This document shows positions 8,606 to 18,005 of a DNA stretch of 64,000 bases, one piece after another. The stretch lies in contig SSEF01000010.1 of assembly GCA_008012175.1 (NCBI GenBank), positions 2,923-66,922 of the forward strand, in the 5' to 3' direction. The translations under genes were made by a program, and so were the position numbers. Every line of letters starts with the position of its first letter. Position 1 is the stretch's first letter. A model generated the notes under the pieces. The model saw only the letters and a program-made list of their open reading frames with translations. It ran no database searches and was not told the origin of the DNA. Origin of the DNA: Candidatus Moraniibacteriota bacterium. GTDB taxonomy: Bacteria; Patescibacteriota; Minisyncoccia; Moranbacterales; UBA1568.

Positions 8606-9907
8606 ATGAGGCAAGTAAAGAAGAGAAGAGACAAAGCGATGATGACGAACCGGATCACGGCCGGAACGGCTCTGGTATTTCTCTTGGCTATGATGACGCA
8701 TTTCGTTGCCCGAGCGGAAGACAGTCTTGATTCTTTGACGGCTGAACAGAGAAAAGCGCTTGAAGACCGAGAAGACGAGTTAGATGATATTAAGGCAAAA
8801 ATTAAGGCATACAAGGATATTGTCAATCTGAAGCAACGCCAGGGGGCGGCACTCGGTGACCAGATTGAGAGCCTAGAGGCGCAGGCAAAGAGCCTCGAGC
8901 TCCAGATGGATCTAAACCAGAAAACGCTCGTTGAGATCCAGTCCGAAGTGCAGATCCTCACCGAGCGTATTCGCCAGAAAGAGGCCGTTATCATTCATCA
9001 GAAAGGGATCTTGTCTGAGATCATGCGTGGATATTACGATGATCAGGCTTCCGTTATTCCAGCAGAACTCATCATGAACGCTTCTCAGATGGTGAATCCT
9101 CTCCAGGAGGGCGAGTGGACAGCTGAGACTGGCGCAAAAATGAGCGAGCTCTTGAGTTCGCTCAGATCGCTTCGCGAAAGTCTTGTTAGCGAGCACCAAG
9201 CCCTTATTGAAAAACAGAAGAAGGCTGATACGCTCCGTCTCCAGCTTGAAGAGCAGGATGCGCGGCTTGATTCGACGAAAACGAATAAGGAGCAGCTTCT
9301 GGCAAAGACGCAATCGGAAGTCCAGAAGTATGATGCGCTGGTTGACGATCTTGAAAAGCAGCGTGAAGAAATCGAGGATGAAATTGAATCACTCGAAGCG
9401 GGAAAAATCGATGCACTTGATACGAAGGACCTGCCAGGGTTCAATAAGGGAACGCTCAGCTATCCCGTAAGGAAAGTGACCATTACACAAAGTTATGGCA
9501 AGACGAGCTTTGCAAAAAAGTCCGGCTTCTATAAGTCCGGCTTCCATAATGGTATCGATTTCGGAATTCCGAATGGAACGAGTATCCTTGCAGCAGCTGA
9601 TGGCAAGGTTATCGCGATCGGAAACAATGGTAAATACGCCTATGGACGCTATGTCGCCATCGATCACGGCAATGGTCTCGTTACGATGTACGGGCATCTG
9701 AGTTCGGTGACAAGAAAGCTCGGAGAGAAGGTCAAGCGGGGAGATACAATCGCAAAATCAGGCAATACCGGAAACTCAACCGGCCCGCACCTTCATTTCA
9801 CTGTTTTCTCAGCTAAATCCTTTGATGTCGTGGCATCCAAAGTCGTGAAGAGCCTGAAGGATATCCCGGTCGGTGCGACGGTCAATCCAAAAGTCTATCT
9901 CCCGTAA
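8606..9907 (+). CDS. M23-family peptidoglycan metalloendopeptidase with a long N-terminal coiled coil (EnvC-like)
   Basis: Signal/TM segment, ~300 aa of heptad-rich coiled coil, then GFHNGIDF...YGHL...GNTGNSTGPHLHF M23 LytM domain; ORF track start at 8372 overlaps gltX and is rejected. EnvC-like proteins are the usual FtsEX partners (ftsEX is at 16.4-18.0 kb). Confidence 0.8.
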   Translation: MRQVKKRRDKAMMTNRITAGTALVFLLAMMTHFVARAEDSLDSLTAEQRKALEDREDELDDIKAKIKAYKDIVNLKQRQGAALGDQIESLEAQAKSLELQMDLNQKTLVEIQSEVQILTERIRQKEAVIIHQKGILSEIMRGYYDDQASVIPAELIMNASQMVNPLQEGEWTAETGAKMSELLSSLRSLRESLVSEHQALIEKQKKADTLRLQLEEQDARLDSTKTNKEQLLAKTQSEVQKYDALVDDLEKQREEIEDEIESLEAGKIDALDTKDLPGFNKGTLSYPVRKVTITQSYGKTSFAKKSGFYKSGFHNGIDFGIPNGTSILAAADGKVIAIGNNGKYAYGRYVAIDHGNGLVTMYGHLSSVTRKLGEKVKRGDTIAKSGNTGNSTGPHLHFTVFSAKSFDVVASKVVKSLKDIPVGATVNPKVYLP

Positions 9908-10373
9908 ATAAATGCAGGATACCCCTAGGAGATACGGATCAAGCGGCGGTTTTTTTATTTTCTCAAGCTTGACTCCCCTAATGATTTTTAAAAAATGGGG
10001 GAGCGACAGTGGGCGCGCGGTATAGAACAGAAAACTTTTGATGACATACAATGGAATGAATTGAAAGATCATCCGACGTTCTGGGCAGCAGGGAGGGACA
10101 TGCCGAAATTTTTTATCCAGCATAGTTCCCAAGGAATGTGAGTTTGATTCAAATAACAAAAGAACTATTAATAGAAAGTGTCGCTCCGGAAGTCCTCGCC
10201 AATTGTCTGTATCCCCATACTCTCTATAATGTCTCATAAGTTACATAAGAAGACATACTAGATAAAGAAAAGGCCGCTCCACTGATATTGTGAAAGCGGT
10301 CAAAAAGTGTGCCTCTCTGCCCTCTAGCTTTACTCAGGGATTCGGAAAGTTTTTATGCACAACAGAAGGTGTC

Positions 10374-11129
10374 TCATGGCGCTGCATCGATGTTGTCTGG
10401 AGCGGTAGCGATACAGCTCTTACACCCTTCGATACGTTTGGCTTCATACATCGCCATATCTGCAGCAGATCGGAGCGTTTCAATCAGGCTATGTGCTCCC
10501 CGTTCGGTTCTGAATTTTCCGTGCGCGATGCCGATTGAGCATGTCACGTGCTGCGCTGGATTGTTGCCGAGCTTGAGCATTGGATCTATGGTGAGCGCGG
10601 CTACGAGCTCCTGGGACCGTTTGAGCACTGTTTCCTGGGTTGCTCCAATGAGGTATACCATGAACTCATCGCCGCCCCAACGAATGATGATGTCATCGGA
10701 TCGGAACTCATGCTGTAAATGTCTTGCAATCGCAACGAGCACCTGATCGCCAGTAGCGTGCCCACCAACATCATTGACCTCTTTGAAATCATCGACATCA
10801 ATGATCACGACGGAGACTTCAGTCAAGGGAAGTGCGGACGAAACATGATCATGCTCGTGGCGCTTGAATGGCGCCAGCATGCGGTCGAGTTCGGCCTTCC
10901 CACCGCGGCGATTGTAGAGCCCGGTGAGCGGGTCAGCGGTGGCTACTCGCCTCAGCTCTCGGTTTTCGGCCTTCAGCCTGTCAATTTCTTGTGCCAGGAT
11001 GAGATTGTCATACTGCCGCCGATCAAGTTCGTTCTGATTAGCAGCTGGCCTATCTTCGAACGAAGTATTTCTGAAAATGCTCCGGATGAACTGGGTAATA
11101 AAACCCTCTCCTCGAATGGTGAACAGCAT
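10374..11129 (-). CDS. Diguanylate cyclase (GGDEF domain) with N-terminal coiled coil
   Basis: RWGGDEFMVYL active-site motif, RSDD (RxxD I-site) five residues upstream, ADPLTGLYNRR; a hairpin plus T-run terminator lies at ~10270-10310. Confidence 0.9.
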   Translation of the reverse strand: MLFTIRGEGFITQFIRSIFRNTSFEDRPAANQNELDRRQYDNLILAQEIDRLKAENRELRRVATADPLTGLYNRRGGKAELDRMLAPFKRHEHDHVSSALPLTEVSVVIIDVDDFKEVNDVGGHATGDQVLVAIARHLQHEFRSDDIIIRWGGDEFMVYLIGATQETVLKRSQELVAALTIDPMLKLGNNPAQHVTCSIGIAHGKFRTERGAHSLIETLRSAADMAMYEAKRIEGCKSCIATAPDNIDAAP

Positions 11130-11287
11130 GGATCTCTCCTCTTCCTATGGACGTAGGGACTGGCGGTGAATGAAACGCTGGAATGTTAAAGAATGCTCAT
11201 TATAACATCTAATTTCTATAGAGTCAATACTGGTGCAAAAGGAACGTAGGAACTTTCATTTTCTTTAAATACGCTATAATAGCTTCC

Positions 11288-12436
11288 ATGCGGCTCTCTT
11301 ACTCCAGCCTGGATACCTATCAATCCTGCGCGCTCAAATACAAATATCGAGAGATCGACAGATTGCCTGAGGAGAAATCCAAGGAAGCTGTTTTCGGGAC
11401 GCTCATCCATTCGACGATGAAGTTTATTCATGAGCCAGGTCTCATCCAGCCTTCAGTAGAGCAGGCAATTGATTATTTTGGCAAGCACTGGAATGGAGAC
11501 TTGTTCGTCAATGAGATGGAAGAGCGGGCGGCATTCGTCCAGGGTGTCGAGATGATACAGCGTTACTATGAGGACAACCGGATAGCAGAGGCAAACCCGA
11601 TTGCGCTCGAAAGCCGGTTTGCTATCGAGATCGGGACTGAGGAGGCGGGTAAGCACGTCATTGCCGGCGTTATTGATCGGATCGATAGGACGCATGATGG
11701 TTACGAGATCATCGATTACAAAACGACAAAAAAGATGCCGAGTCAGGACAAGATCGATAATGATCTCCAGCTCTCTATCTATCTGCGCGCCTTCCTTGAG
11801 CGTTATCCCAAGGAATGGGAGCGACTCGATACGATCACGGTCAGTCTCTACTTTTTGAAACACGGTGTGAAGCTTTCTTCGATGCGAACCAAGGAACAGC
11901 TGCTTGCTTTGGATGAGACGTTCCTTGAAATTATTCGTTCGATCGAAGCGGGGAAATTCGCGCCGACCCTCTCCCCGCTTTGCGACTGGTGCAGCTTCCA
12001 AAAAATCTGTCCTCTCTGGAAGCATAAGTTCAAGGAGAATCCGAAAGAGGCGATAGGAGAAGCTGAGGCCGGATCGATGATTGAAGAGTTCCTTCACCTC
12101 CGGAATGAAATGGCTGCCGAAAAGAAGCGTCTCGCCGAGCTTCAAGAAAAGATCATAGAATACATGGAACAGGAGGGTGTCGAACGCCTGTTTGGTTCGA
12201 CGGGTATTATCGGAAGAAGCATCCGGACTTCGTATGTTTATGACGAGACCAAGCTAAAGGCTCTCCTCTCCCCACTCGGAGAATGGGAGAACGTTGTGAA
12301 GATTGATGGGGCCGCTTTAAAGACTGTCTTGGAAGCTCTCCCAGAAGCAGTGCAGAAGCAAACTGAAGAATGTCGAGAGAAAAAGGAGAGTCTATCACTA
12401 TCAGTCAAAGCAGTGAAAGATTCAATTTCCGATTAA
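11288..12436 (+). CDS. PD-(D/E)XK nuclease with Cas4/AddB-type Fe-S cysteine cluster and a C-terminal coiled-coil extension
   Basis: N-terminal Cys (YQSCALKY), nuclease core GVIDRIDRTHDGYEIIDYKTTKK (D...E-x-K), C-terminal CDWCSFQKIC triad; ~100 aa charged helical tail. Confidence 0.7.
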   Translation: MRLSYSSLDTYQSCALKYKYREIDRLPEEKSKEAVFGTLIHSTMKFIHEPGLIQPSVEQAIDYFGKHWNGDLFVNEMEERAAFVQGVEMIQRYYEDNRIAEANPIALESRFAIEIGTEEAGKHVIAGVIDRIDRTHDGYEIIDYKTTKKMPSQDKIDNDLQLSIYLRAFLERYPKEWERLDTITVSLYFLKHGVKLSSMRTKEQLLALDETFLEIIRSIEAGKFAPTLSPLCDWCSFQKICPLWKHKFKENPKEAIGEAEAGSMIEEFLHLRNEMAAEKKRLAELQEKIIEYMEQEGVERLFGSTGIIGRSIRTSYVYDETKLKALLSPLGEWENVVKIDGAALKTVLEALPEAVQKQTEECREKKESLSLSVKAVKDSISD

Positions 12437-12499
12437 AAAAAGAAAGAGGAGAATGGCGGATTGCTATTCTCCTCGGTGGCGCGTCTCGGAAGTGAATTT

Positions 12500-12742
12500 T
12501 CACTTTTTCCCCTTCTCCTTTGAGGAGAGAGAGTCGGGACGAACCGGTGACGGGGAAACCATGTCCCCTGCCTTGGTATAAACCTTCCCCGCGACTCCTG
12601 CTGCACCAGCAAGGAAGCCTTTGCCTTCATTCTGGGCACTGTAGTCACTCAGGCCAGTACCAACAGTCCTTGCAAGATCTCCTGCGGCTGCGCAGCCTCC
12701 AAGGAGTGGAAGGGCGACGATCAGAAACAAAGTTTTACGCAT
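12500..12742 (-). CDS. Small Gly/Ala-rich lipoprotein
   Basis: Signal peptide with lipobox (LPLLGGC) then a Gly/Ala-rich 50-aa mature part; hairpin plus T-run terminator immediately downstream (12441-12475). Confidence 0.55.
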   Translation of the reverse strand: MRKTLFLIVALPLLGGCAAAGDLARTVGTGLSDYSAQNEGKGFLAGAAGVAGKVYTKAGDMVSPSPVRPDSLSSKEKGKK

Positions 12743-12874
12743 GATAACCTACTCCCCCACGAAAACCGGACGGAGCGCCGGTACCTTATGTATAGTACAT
12801 TTTTTATTTTCTGTCAACCCCATTGTAAAATTTGATCCTAGGAAGCGCATCGATGCGCAGCATTGGTTTAATTG

Positions 12875-14065
12875 TCAAGCTGCTGCTTTCCTCATCTCCA
12901 TAGTGGTAGTTCGCCAATCTGGCCAGCCGAGATGGTGAGACCGTTCTGTGTCAAGAAAGCTTACCAGGGAATCATACGCAGCGATTTCGCTGCCTGTAAG
13001 CGCCTGACGATTGATTGACTGCATTTCATCGGCGATCCAAAGATAGGCGACATAACCCTCGACTAACCCCTGCCTGGCATGCAGAGAGAGTACGCGAAGC
13101 GCATCGATCGGCGTTTGCTTATCTTTATAGTGTCGCCGACTCAGGATTGCGTTCTCGACATCTGCAAGATGCACGATATCTGCCAGGTCGATCGAAACCT
13201 GGAGCGATCCAATGGTAATCCGATACCTATGCTCGCCATTCTTGTGCTGATGATGCGATCCGGCGAGCTTCCCCTCTACGGTATAACCGAGGTGACTTAA
13301 GATTTTTTCTGAGTGCGTATCATGTGTTCGCATGATATCGAGCAGGCTATCATCCGGAGTGCAGCCGCAGTGAGCGAGCTGCTCCGATAGTCCGTCATCG
13401 ACAGACTGCTCGTCGAGGAGGAGCTTTATCGGTGCAACTGCTTGAGGGCGGAGATGAAGATCGTCATAGAGGAATTGGAGGAGTGCCCCCGGGCTATCTA
13501 CTGATTTTGGCAGAGAAAAATTATCGCCAAGTTTTTCCCTGAGGCGGGGCAGAAGTACGTCGTCCTGATGCTGGAAGAGTATTGCAGCACAGCGCTCATC
13601 GGTTACTCGATTTACCAAAACTGCGTGTGGAACCTCTATTTTCCCAACATCATGGAGGAGGCAGGCCCGATAAAAACGTCCGAGATCGACAGATTCGGCA
13701 TGGAATTCATCAGCGAGGACAAGACCGTTCCAGAGGGTTTTTTCAACCTTGTTACGCGCGATCTCATAGGTATCGACGCAATGCCAGGCTGTTTCCTCGT
13801 CAAAAAGCTCAAGGACAGTGAGCATTTCCCAGCAATCGTCACCGAAATGTCTTGCGAACGGCCCAAGCTCGGCTTTAAAGAGGGACTTGATACGGGCAAC
13901 TTCCTGTTCGAGCAGCCCTCGTTCTTTCAATGCATTGCGTATCTTCAGAACTCTCAATTCAGACGGATCGCCTTTTTCCGAGGTGTGCTCCACGTCTTGA
14001 GCGATCATCCGAGCGCGCTCTCCGGGGGTTTCTCGGGACGGCACAATATTTTCCCAATGGTTCAT
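12875..14065 (-). CDS. HD-GYP-like phosphohydrolase with non-canonical motif (HRY instead of GYP)
   Basis: LLHDVGKIEVPHAVL matches the HD-GYP HDIGK(I/V)xxP motif; downstream HHQHKNGEHRY...IVHLADVENAI aligns with HHERWDGSGYP...I..VADVFDA. Confidence 0.6.
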   Translation of the reverse strand: MNHWENIVPSRETPGERARMIAQDVEHTSEKGDPSELRVLKIRNALKERGLLEQEVARIKSLFKAELGPFARHFGDDCWEMLTVLELFDEETAWHCVDTYEIARNKVEKTLWNGLVLADEFHAESVDLGRFYRACLLHDVGKIEVPHAVLVNRVTDERCAAILFQHQDDVLLPRLREKLGDNFSLPKSVDSPGALLQFLYDDLHLRPQAVAPIKLLLDEQSVDDGLSEQLAHCGCTPDDSLLDIMRTHDTHSEKILSHLGYTVEGKLAGSHHQHKNGEHRYRITIGSLQVSIDLADIVHLADVENAILSRRHYKDKQTPIDALRVLSLHARQGLVEGYVAYLWIADEMQSINRQALTGSEIAAYDSLVSFLDTERSHHLGWPDWRTTTMEMRKAAA

Positions 14066-14088
14066 AGCGTAGGGTGCAGGTAGCGTGT

Positions 14089-14502
14089 TTAGGCAGTTTC
14101 CTTTTGAACGCTTTCTGGTAATTTCCCAAGAGTCTGATCAATCCCGGTGATGTGCTCAATCCACCAGTCCTCGAGGAAAGTCAGTAGCTCCCTAGACCGG
14201 AGGTGGGAATCCCCTTCCTTTAAAAGGAGACTATTGAGATTTTTTTTGTACGCTTGGTGAAGGGAGAGGTGCAAGTTCTTCTCGGGGTAATCAAATCGGG
14301 AAAAAAACGTCTCCTCAGTCTGAAAATGATACTCGCCATAATTTACAGCATCTTTGAAGAATTGGGAGAGATCAATCTCAGTCGTCGTCGCTTCGAGCTC
14401 ACGAAACAACGTATTTATGATCTCAATCATGTGCTGATGCTGCTCATCAATCACCTGAACGCCGACACTGTAGCCACTGTGCCATTGGATAGGGCCTTCC
14501 AT
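14089..14502 (-). CDS. Bacteriohemerythrin (hemerythrin HHE cation-binding domain)
   Basis: IQWHSGYSVGVQVIDEQHQHMIEIIN plus downstream H/E ligand spacing typical of bacteriohemerythrin; start placed at MEGPIQW. Confidence 0.75.
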   Translation of the reverse strand: MEGPIQWHSGYSVGVQVIDEQHQHMIEIINTLFRELEATTTEIDLSQFFKDAVNYGEYHFQTEETFFSRFDYPEKNLHLSLHQAYKKNLNSLLLKEGDSHLRSRELLTFLEDWWIEHITGIDQTLGKLPESVQKETA

Positions 14503-14635
14503 AGAACACGCTATCATCACTGGGTTATAACGGAGGTATCCTCCGGGTAGATTGTAGCACATCTTCCCCTGGAAAAGCGTTATAAAAAGCTAGCAAAGAA
14601 AAAAGCGGAAAAATAATTTTCCGCTTCGAATCCAG

Positions 14636-15010
14636 TCAAAAAGCAGGCTGATACCCGTTTTCAGTCCAATGTCCGGCGAAGAATCCGTAGGATGGACAGC
14701 AGTCCCGTCTCAGACAGCCGAGGTAACAGCTCTCAATGCGGTGTCCCCTGTCGCGATACGAAAGCCCTTCGCTTGACTCATGATAGAGAGCCACAGCGTC
14801 ATCGGGATAGATAGGCAGGCCGCATAGAGCGCAGCGCACGGTCCGCTTGCGCACGTATTGGATCATGCAGTCCGGACAATACCGTTCACCGTGAATGTTC
14901 TTCGTTAGCGATCCGTAGACATTGAGACGGTACCGTTTTGGCCCGCTGTGTCCGCATGTGTACTTCCTGGTCATGCCTGATAGAGGAATGAATGGCCTGT
15001 ATAGCATCAT
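14636..15010 (-). CDS. Cys/His-rich hypothetical protein (zinc-ribbon-like)
   Basis: CGH, CPDC, CALC, CYLGC, DCC motifs; overlaps the alternative-frame ORF 14886-15239, so the start or frame is uncertain. Confidence 0.35.
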   Translation of the reverse strand: MMLYRPFIPLSGMTRKYTCGHSGPKRYRLNVYGSLTKNIHGERYCPDCMIQYVRKRTVRCALCGLPIYPDDAVALYHESSEGLSYRDRGHRIESCYLGCLRRDCCPSYGFFAGHWTENGYQPAF

Positions 15011-15390
15011 TCGGCTCAGGTAGCGGCTGCTTCGCCGGCCCTACGGACAGGAGGAGTTTGCCGCCGCTCGGATCCACTACATGAGGAAGAGCGGATTCTC
15101 CAAGAACAACCAAGTCAGTGTCCTCGGTTCGCATACCTGACCTCCTCGAACTCTTCCGCAAAACCCTGATGAGAGTGGATGCTAGAAGCAGTCCGATGCT
15201 ACTCAAAAAAAGTAGATAGCCAAAATCATCTAATCTCATGTCCTGCCCCTTTCAGATTGAAAAAGTACGGAAAATAAAACAAAGAAACAGCAATAAAATA
15301 TCAGAACACCCTCTATCTGTCAAATATCGACATCCAAATGCCGTATCTAGCGATTGCAAGAGTGGGTCAAAATCCCACTTTTGAACAAAT

Positions 15391-15462
15391 GCTGGGGAGG
15401 AAGGGATCGAACCTTCGCATGACGGGGCCAGAACCCGTTGCCTTACCGCTTGGCTACTCCCC
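15391..15462 (-). tRNA. tRNA-Gln (anticodon CUG)
   Basis: Cloverleaf read by hand: acceptor UGGGGAG/CUCCCCA, D-arm GCCAAGCGGUAAGGC, anticodon loop UUCUGGC, T-arm GAAGG-UUCGAUC-CCUUC; close to E. coli tRNA-Gln. Confidence 0.85.
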
Positions 15463-15597
15463 AAAATTGAAGAAACAAGAGAACAATAAAATCAGGATGT
15501 CCAGAATACAAGAGCTATCCTAGCCGAAAAGTCCATTTCAATCAAGAAAAAACCGGCCGCTTCTACATGGTAGCAGACGGTCGGCAAGGCGATACAC

Positions 15598-16260
15598 CTA
15601 CGATTGGACGAGCTGTCGACCGTTCGGTGGCGGAGGGAGCAGGTGCTCTCCGCGCTTCAGGGCGGCAAGAGCTTCCTCAAGCTCGTGAATGAGGATGCCA
15701 TGTTTTTCAGCGAGCGGGAGGTAGAAATCCTCCGTTTCCCTGACCTTCCGGGCAATTTCTTCCGGCGTCCAGAGCCATAGGGTGAGGATGTTGTGGAGCC
15801 GATCCGGAAGTTTCCACTCGGCAACCTCGCGCGGTGCATCAAAGAGGAGGCTCATATGATAGCGCCGCAGGCGCTCTTCCTTTGATGGAATATGATCGAA
15901 GCGGCGCTTGTTGCCCCAATCAACTCGGTAAGCCACTTCATTGCCGAGTTCCTGTCGGATTCGCGAGACTGGAAAGCGCTTGCAATCCTCCGGGCAATCG
16001 TGCGTCAAGCCAGCTGCGAGGGCGTTCGGTTCGCGAATCCGGAGATAGACCATCATGATGAGGGCTACGGCTTTCGCATGGTCGAAATAGCGCTCGCCGG
16101 AATCCCGGAATTGACCATGGTGCGCATCCTTCGACACGTTGTAGCTGTCCGAGACGAGGCGGTAGCCGGGGCTGCCTTCGGCGGTACAGGCACGGACATA
16201 GGCGAAGAAACGGTCTCGGTCGCAGGGCGTTCCGAGAAGTTCGATGATATATGAAAGCAT
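15598..16260 (-). CDS. Small alarmone hydrolase (SpoT/Mesh1-type HD domain (p)ppGpp pyrophosphohydrolase), stand-alone
   Basis: AHHGQFR...YFDHAKAVA...LTHDCPED match the SpoT hydrolase HD motifs; no synthetase domain. Hairpin plus T-run terminator at ~15540-15580. Confidence 0.7.
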   Translation of the reverse strand: MLSYIIELLGTPCDRDRFFAYVRACTAEGSPGYRLVSDSYNVSKDAHHGQFRDSGERYFDHAKAVALIMMVYLRIREPNALAAGLTHDCPEDCKRFPVSRIRQELGNEVAYRVDWGNKRRFDHIPSKEERLRRYHMSLLFDAPREVAEWKLPDRLHNILTLWLWTPEEIARKVRETEDFYLPLAEKHGILIHELEEALAALKRGEHLLPPPPNGRQLVQS

Positions 16261-16366
16261 GAGCTCACCTCCTTCACAGGTTTTGGTTGGAAAATAACTG
16301 GATGCTGAAGAATAGCACAAAACGTCCAGCCGAGCAAAGCATGATTTTATGCACCCTCACCCAATA

Positions 16367-17281
16367 CTACGCCTTCAGGTAGCGATGGATGGCGATAAAG
16401 CTCGAGATGACCCCGAGAAAGATGCCGAGACAGATCGTCGAGACGGCGATGGTCGGGAGATAAGCAGTAAAAACCTGGAAAATGTTTCCCTGAGGAAACG
16501 CCCCTTCCGTGTAGCCGGAAAGCCCGTAGGCCGAGAGTGCGACAAGTATGACCGCCGTCACGCCGGCAAAAATACCGTAGAGGATACCCTCAAAGATATA
16601 AGGCATGCGGACATAGAGGTTTGAGGCTCCGACGAGACGCATGATTTCAAATTCCTGGCGATGCGAATAAATCGTGATTCGTATGGTGTTGAAGGTAATG
16701 AGTATGGCAATCAATCCAAAGGCGCCGCCTACTGCCAGCCCGAATTTCCGTGTCGTTGCCCCGATATGCTTGAGCCGTTCGAAGATCTTTCGATTTTTTT
16801 CAAAATTGATCCGATTGATATCAGTCCGATACGGCGAGGCTTCAAGAAAAGTGGAAATTTTCTGATAATCAGATTGCTGCTTGGCATGGATGACGAGCGA
16901 GGCGAGGAGCGGATTCTCACCGATCTCATCAATAGCCTGCCGGATTATAGGGTCGCTACCATTATTCTCGAGAAAGACATCCAGCGCCTGGTCTCGTGAA
17001 ACATATTCGATGGAGGCGATTTCACGCGCTCGCTCCAGATATTGCTTTATCTCGAGGATGCGCCCTTCATTGACGTCTGGATTGAACGACACCGTGATAC
17101 TGATCCGATTTTCAAGATTGCTGACGATGAGGCGGGTCCCGACGGTAATAAGTCCGGCCAGGCTGATGATGAAGAGCGAAAGTGAAAGAATTATGATGGT
17201 CGCCAACGACAACCAGCCATTCCGGCGAAAATTCGTCATCCCCTCCTTAAAAGTGCGCCAGAGTTTGAGCGTTCGTTGCAT
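16367..17281 (-). CDS. ftsX: Cell division permease FtsX
   Basis: ~300 aa, N-terminal TM, large periplasmic loop, three C-terminal TM helices; immediately downstream of ftsE. Confidence 0.8.
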   Translation of the reverse strand: MQRTLKLWRTFKEGMTNFRRNGWLSLATIIILSLSLFIISLAGLITVGTRLIVSNLENRISITVSFNPDVNEGRILEIKQYLERAREIASIEYVSRDQALDVFLENNGSDPIIRQAIDEIGENPLLASLVIHAKQQSDYQKISTFLEASPYRTDINRINFEKNRKIFERLKHIGATTRKFGLAVGGAFGLIAILITFNTIRITIYSHRQEFEIMRLVGASNLYVRMPYIFEGILYGIFAGVTAVILVALSAYGLSGYTEGAFPQGNIFQVFTAYLPTIAVSTICLGIFLGVISSFIAIHRYLKA

Positions 17282-17290
17282 AGGTTCTCG

Positions 17291-18001
17291 CTAGAGTTTG
17301 ATATTGTATTTCCCTTTAGCTTCATCGTGCCTCAATCTTCCGTCAATGAGCGAAATCACTCGTTTACCGAGCTGGTCGACGACTTCCTTCTTATGCGTTG
17401 CGACGATCACTGTTGTTCCGTATGAATTGATCTCGAGGAGCAAATCAGTAATTTCTTTGGTAGAAACCGGATCAAGATTGCCCGTTGGCTCATCCGCACA
17501 GATAATTTGCGGATGATGGATAAGTGCGCGCGCGATCGCAACGCGCTGCTGTTCCCCGCCTGACAGCTCGCGGGGAAACTTCTCCCCCTTGCCGCCGAGG
17601 CCGACAATCTCAAGGAGCTCGCCTACTTCTTCGCGGATCTCTTTGGCCGATCGGCCGTCGACCTCCAGCGCATAGGCGATATTCTCGAAGGCAGTCTTCT
17701 GAGGAAGGAGCTTGTAGTCCTGGAATATGGTTCCGATGTTGCGCCGGAAAAAAGGCAGGTGCTTGCGATTGATGTCTTTGATCGGCCGGCCCTTGAAATA
17801 GATTGTGCCAGCGGTTGGGATTTCCTCGGCGTAGATAAGCTTCAGGAGGGTGGATTTTCCGGCACCCGAAGATCCAACAAGCGAGATGAATTCCCCCGAA
17901 AACACCCTAAAAGAGACGTCATGCAGTGCGTTGACGCCGCCCGGATAGTCTTTAGTGACGTTTTCAAAAACAACAATCGGCTGTCCTTCAGTATGGGGCA
18001 T
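17291..18001 (-). CDS. ftsE: Cell division ATP-binding protein FtsE
   Basis: Walker A GSSGAGKST, ABC signature LSGGEQQR, Walker B ICADEPTGNLD; start at MPHTEG (18001) avoids overlap with prfB; alternative start MNKEKEN at 18028. Confidence 0.85.
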   Translation of the reverse strand: MPHTEGQPIVVFENVTKDYPGGVNALHDVSFRVFSGEFISLVGSSGAGKSTLLKLIYAEEIPTAGTIYFKGRPIKDINRKHLPFFRRNIGTIFQDYKLLPQKTAFENIAYALEVDGRSAKEIREEVGELLEIVGLGGKGEKFPRELSGGEQQRVAIARALIHHPQIICADEPTGNLDPVSTKEITDLLLEINSYGTTVIVATHKKEVVDQLGKRVISLIDGRLRHDEAKGKYNIKL

Positions 18002-18005
18002 GGTC

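Noticed and set aside
9809-10237. 142-aa minus-strand ORF spanning the M23 gene end and the AT-rich intergenic spacer
   Set aside because: Overlaps a confident CDS and runs through terminator structures; no motifs; likely spurious.
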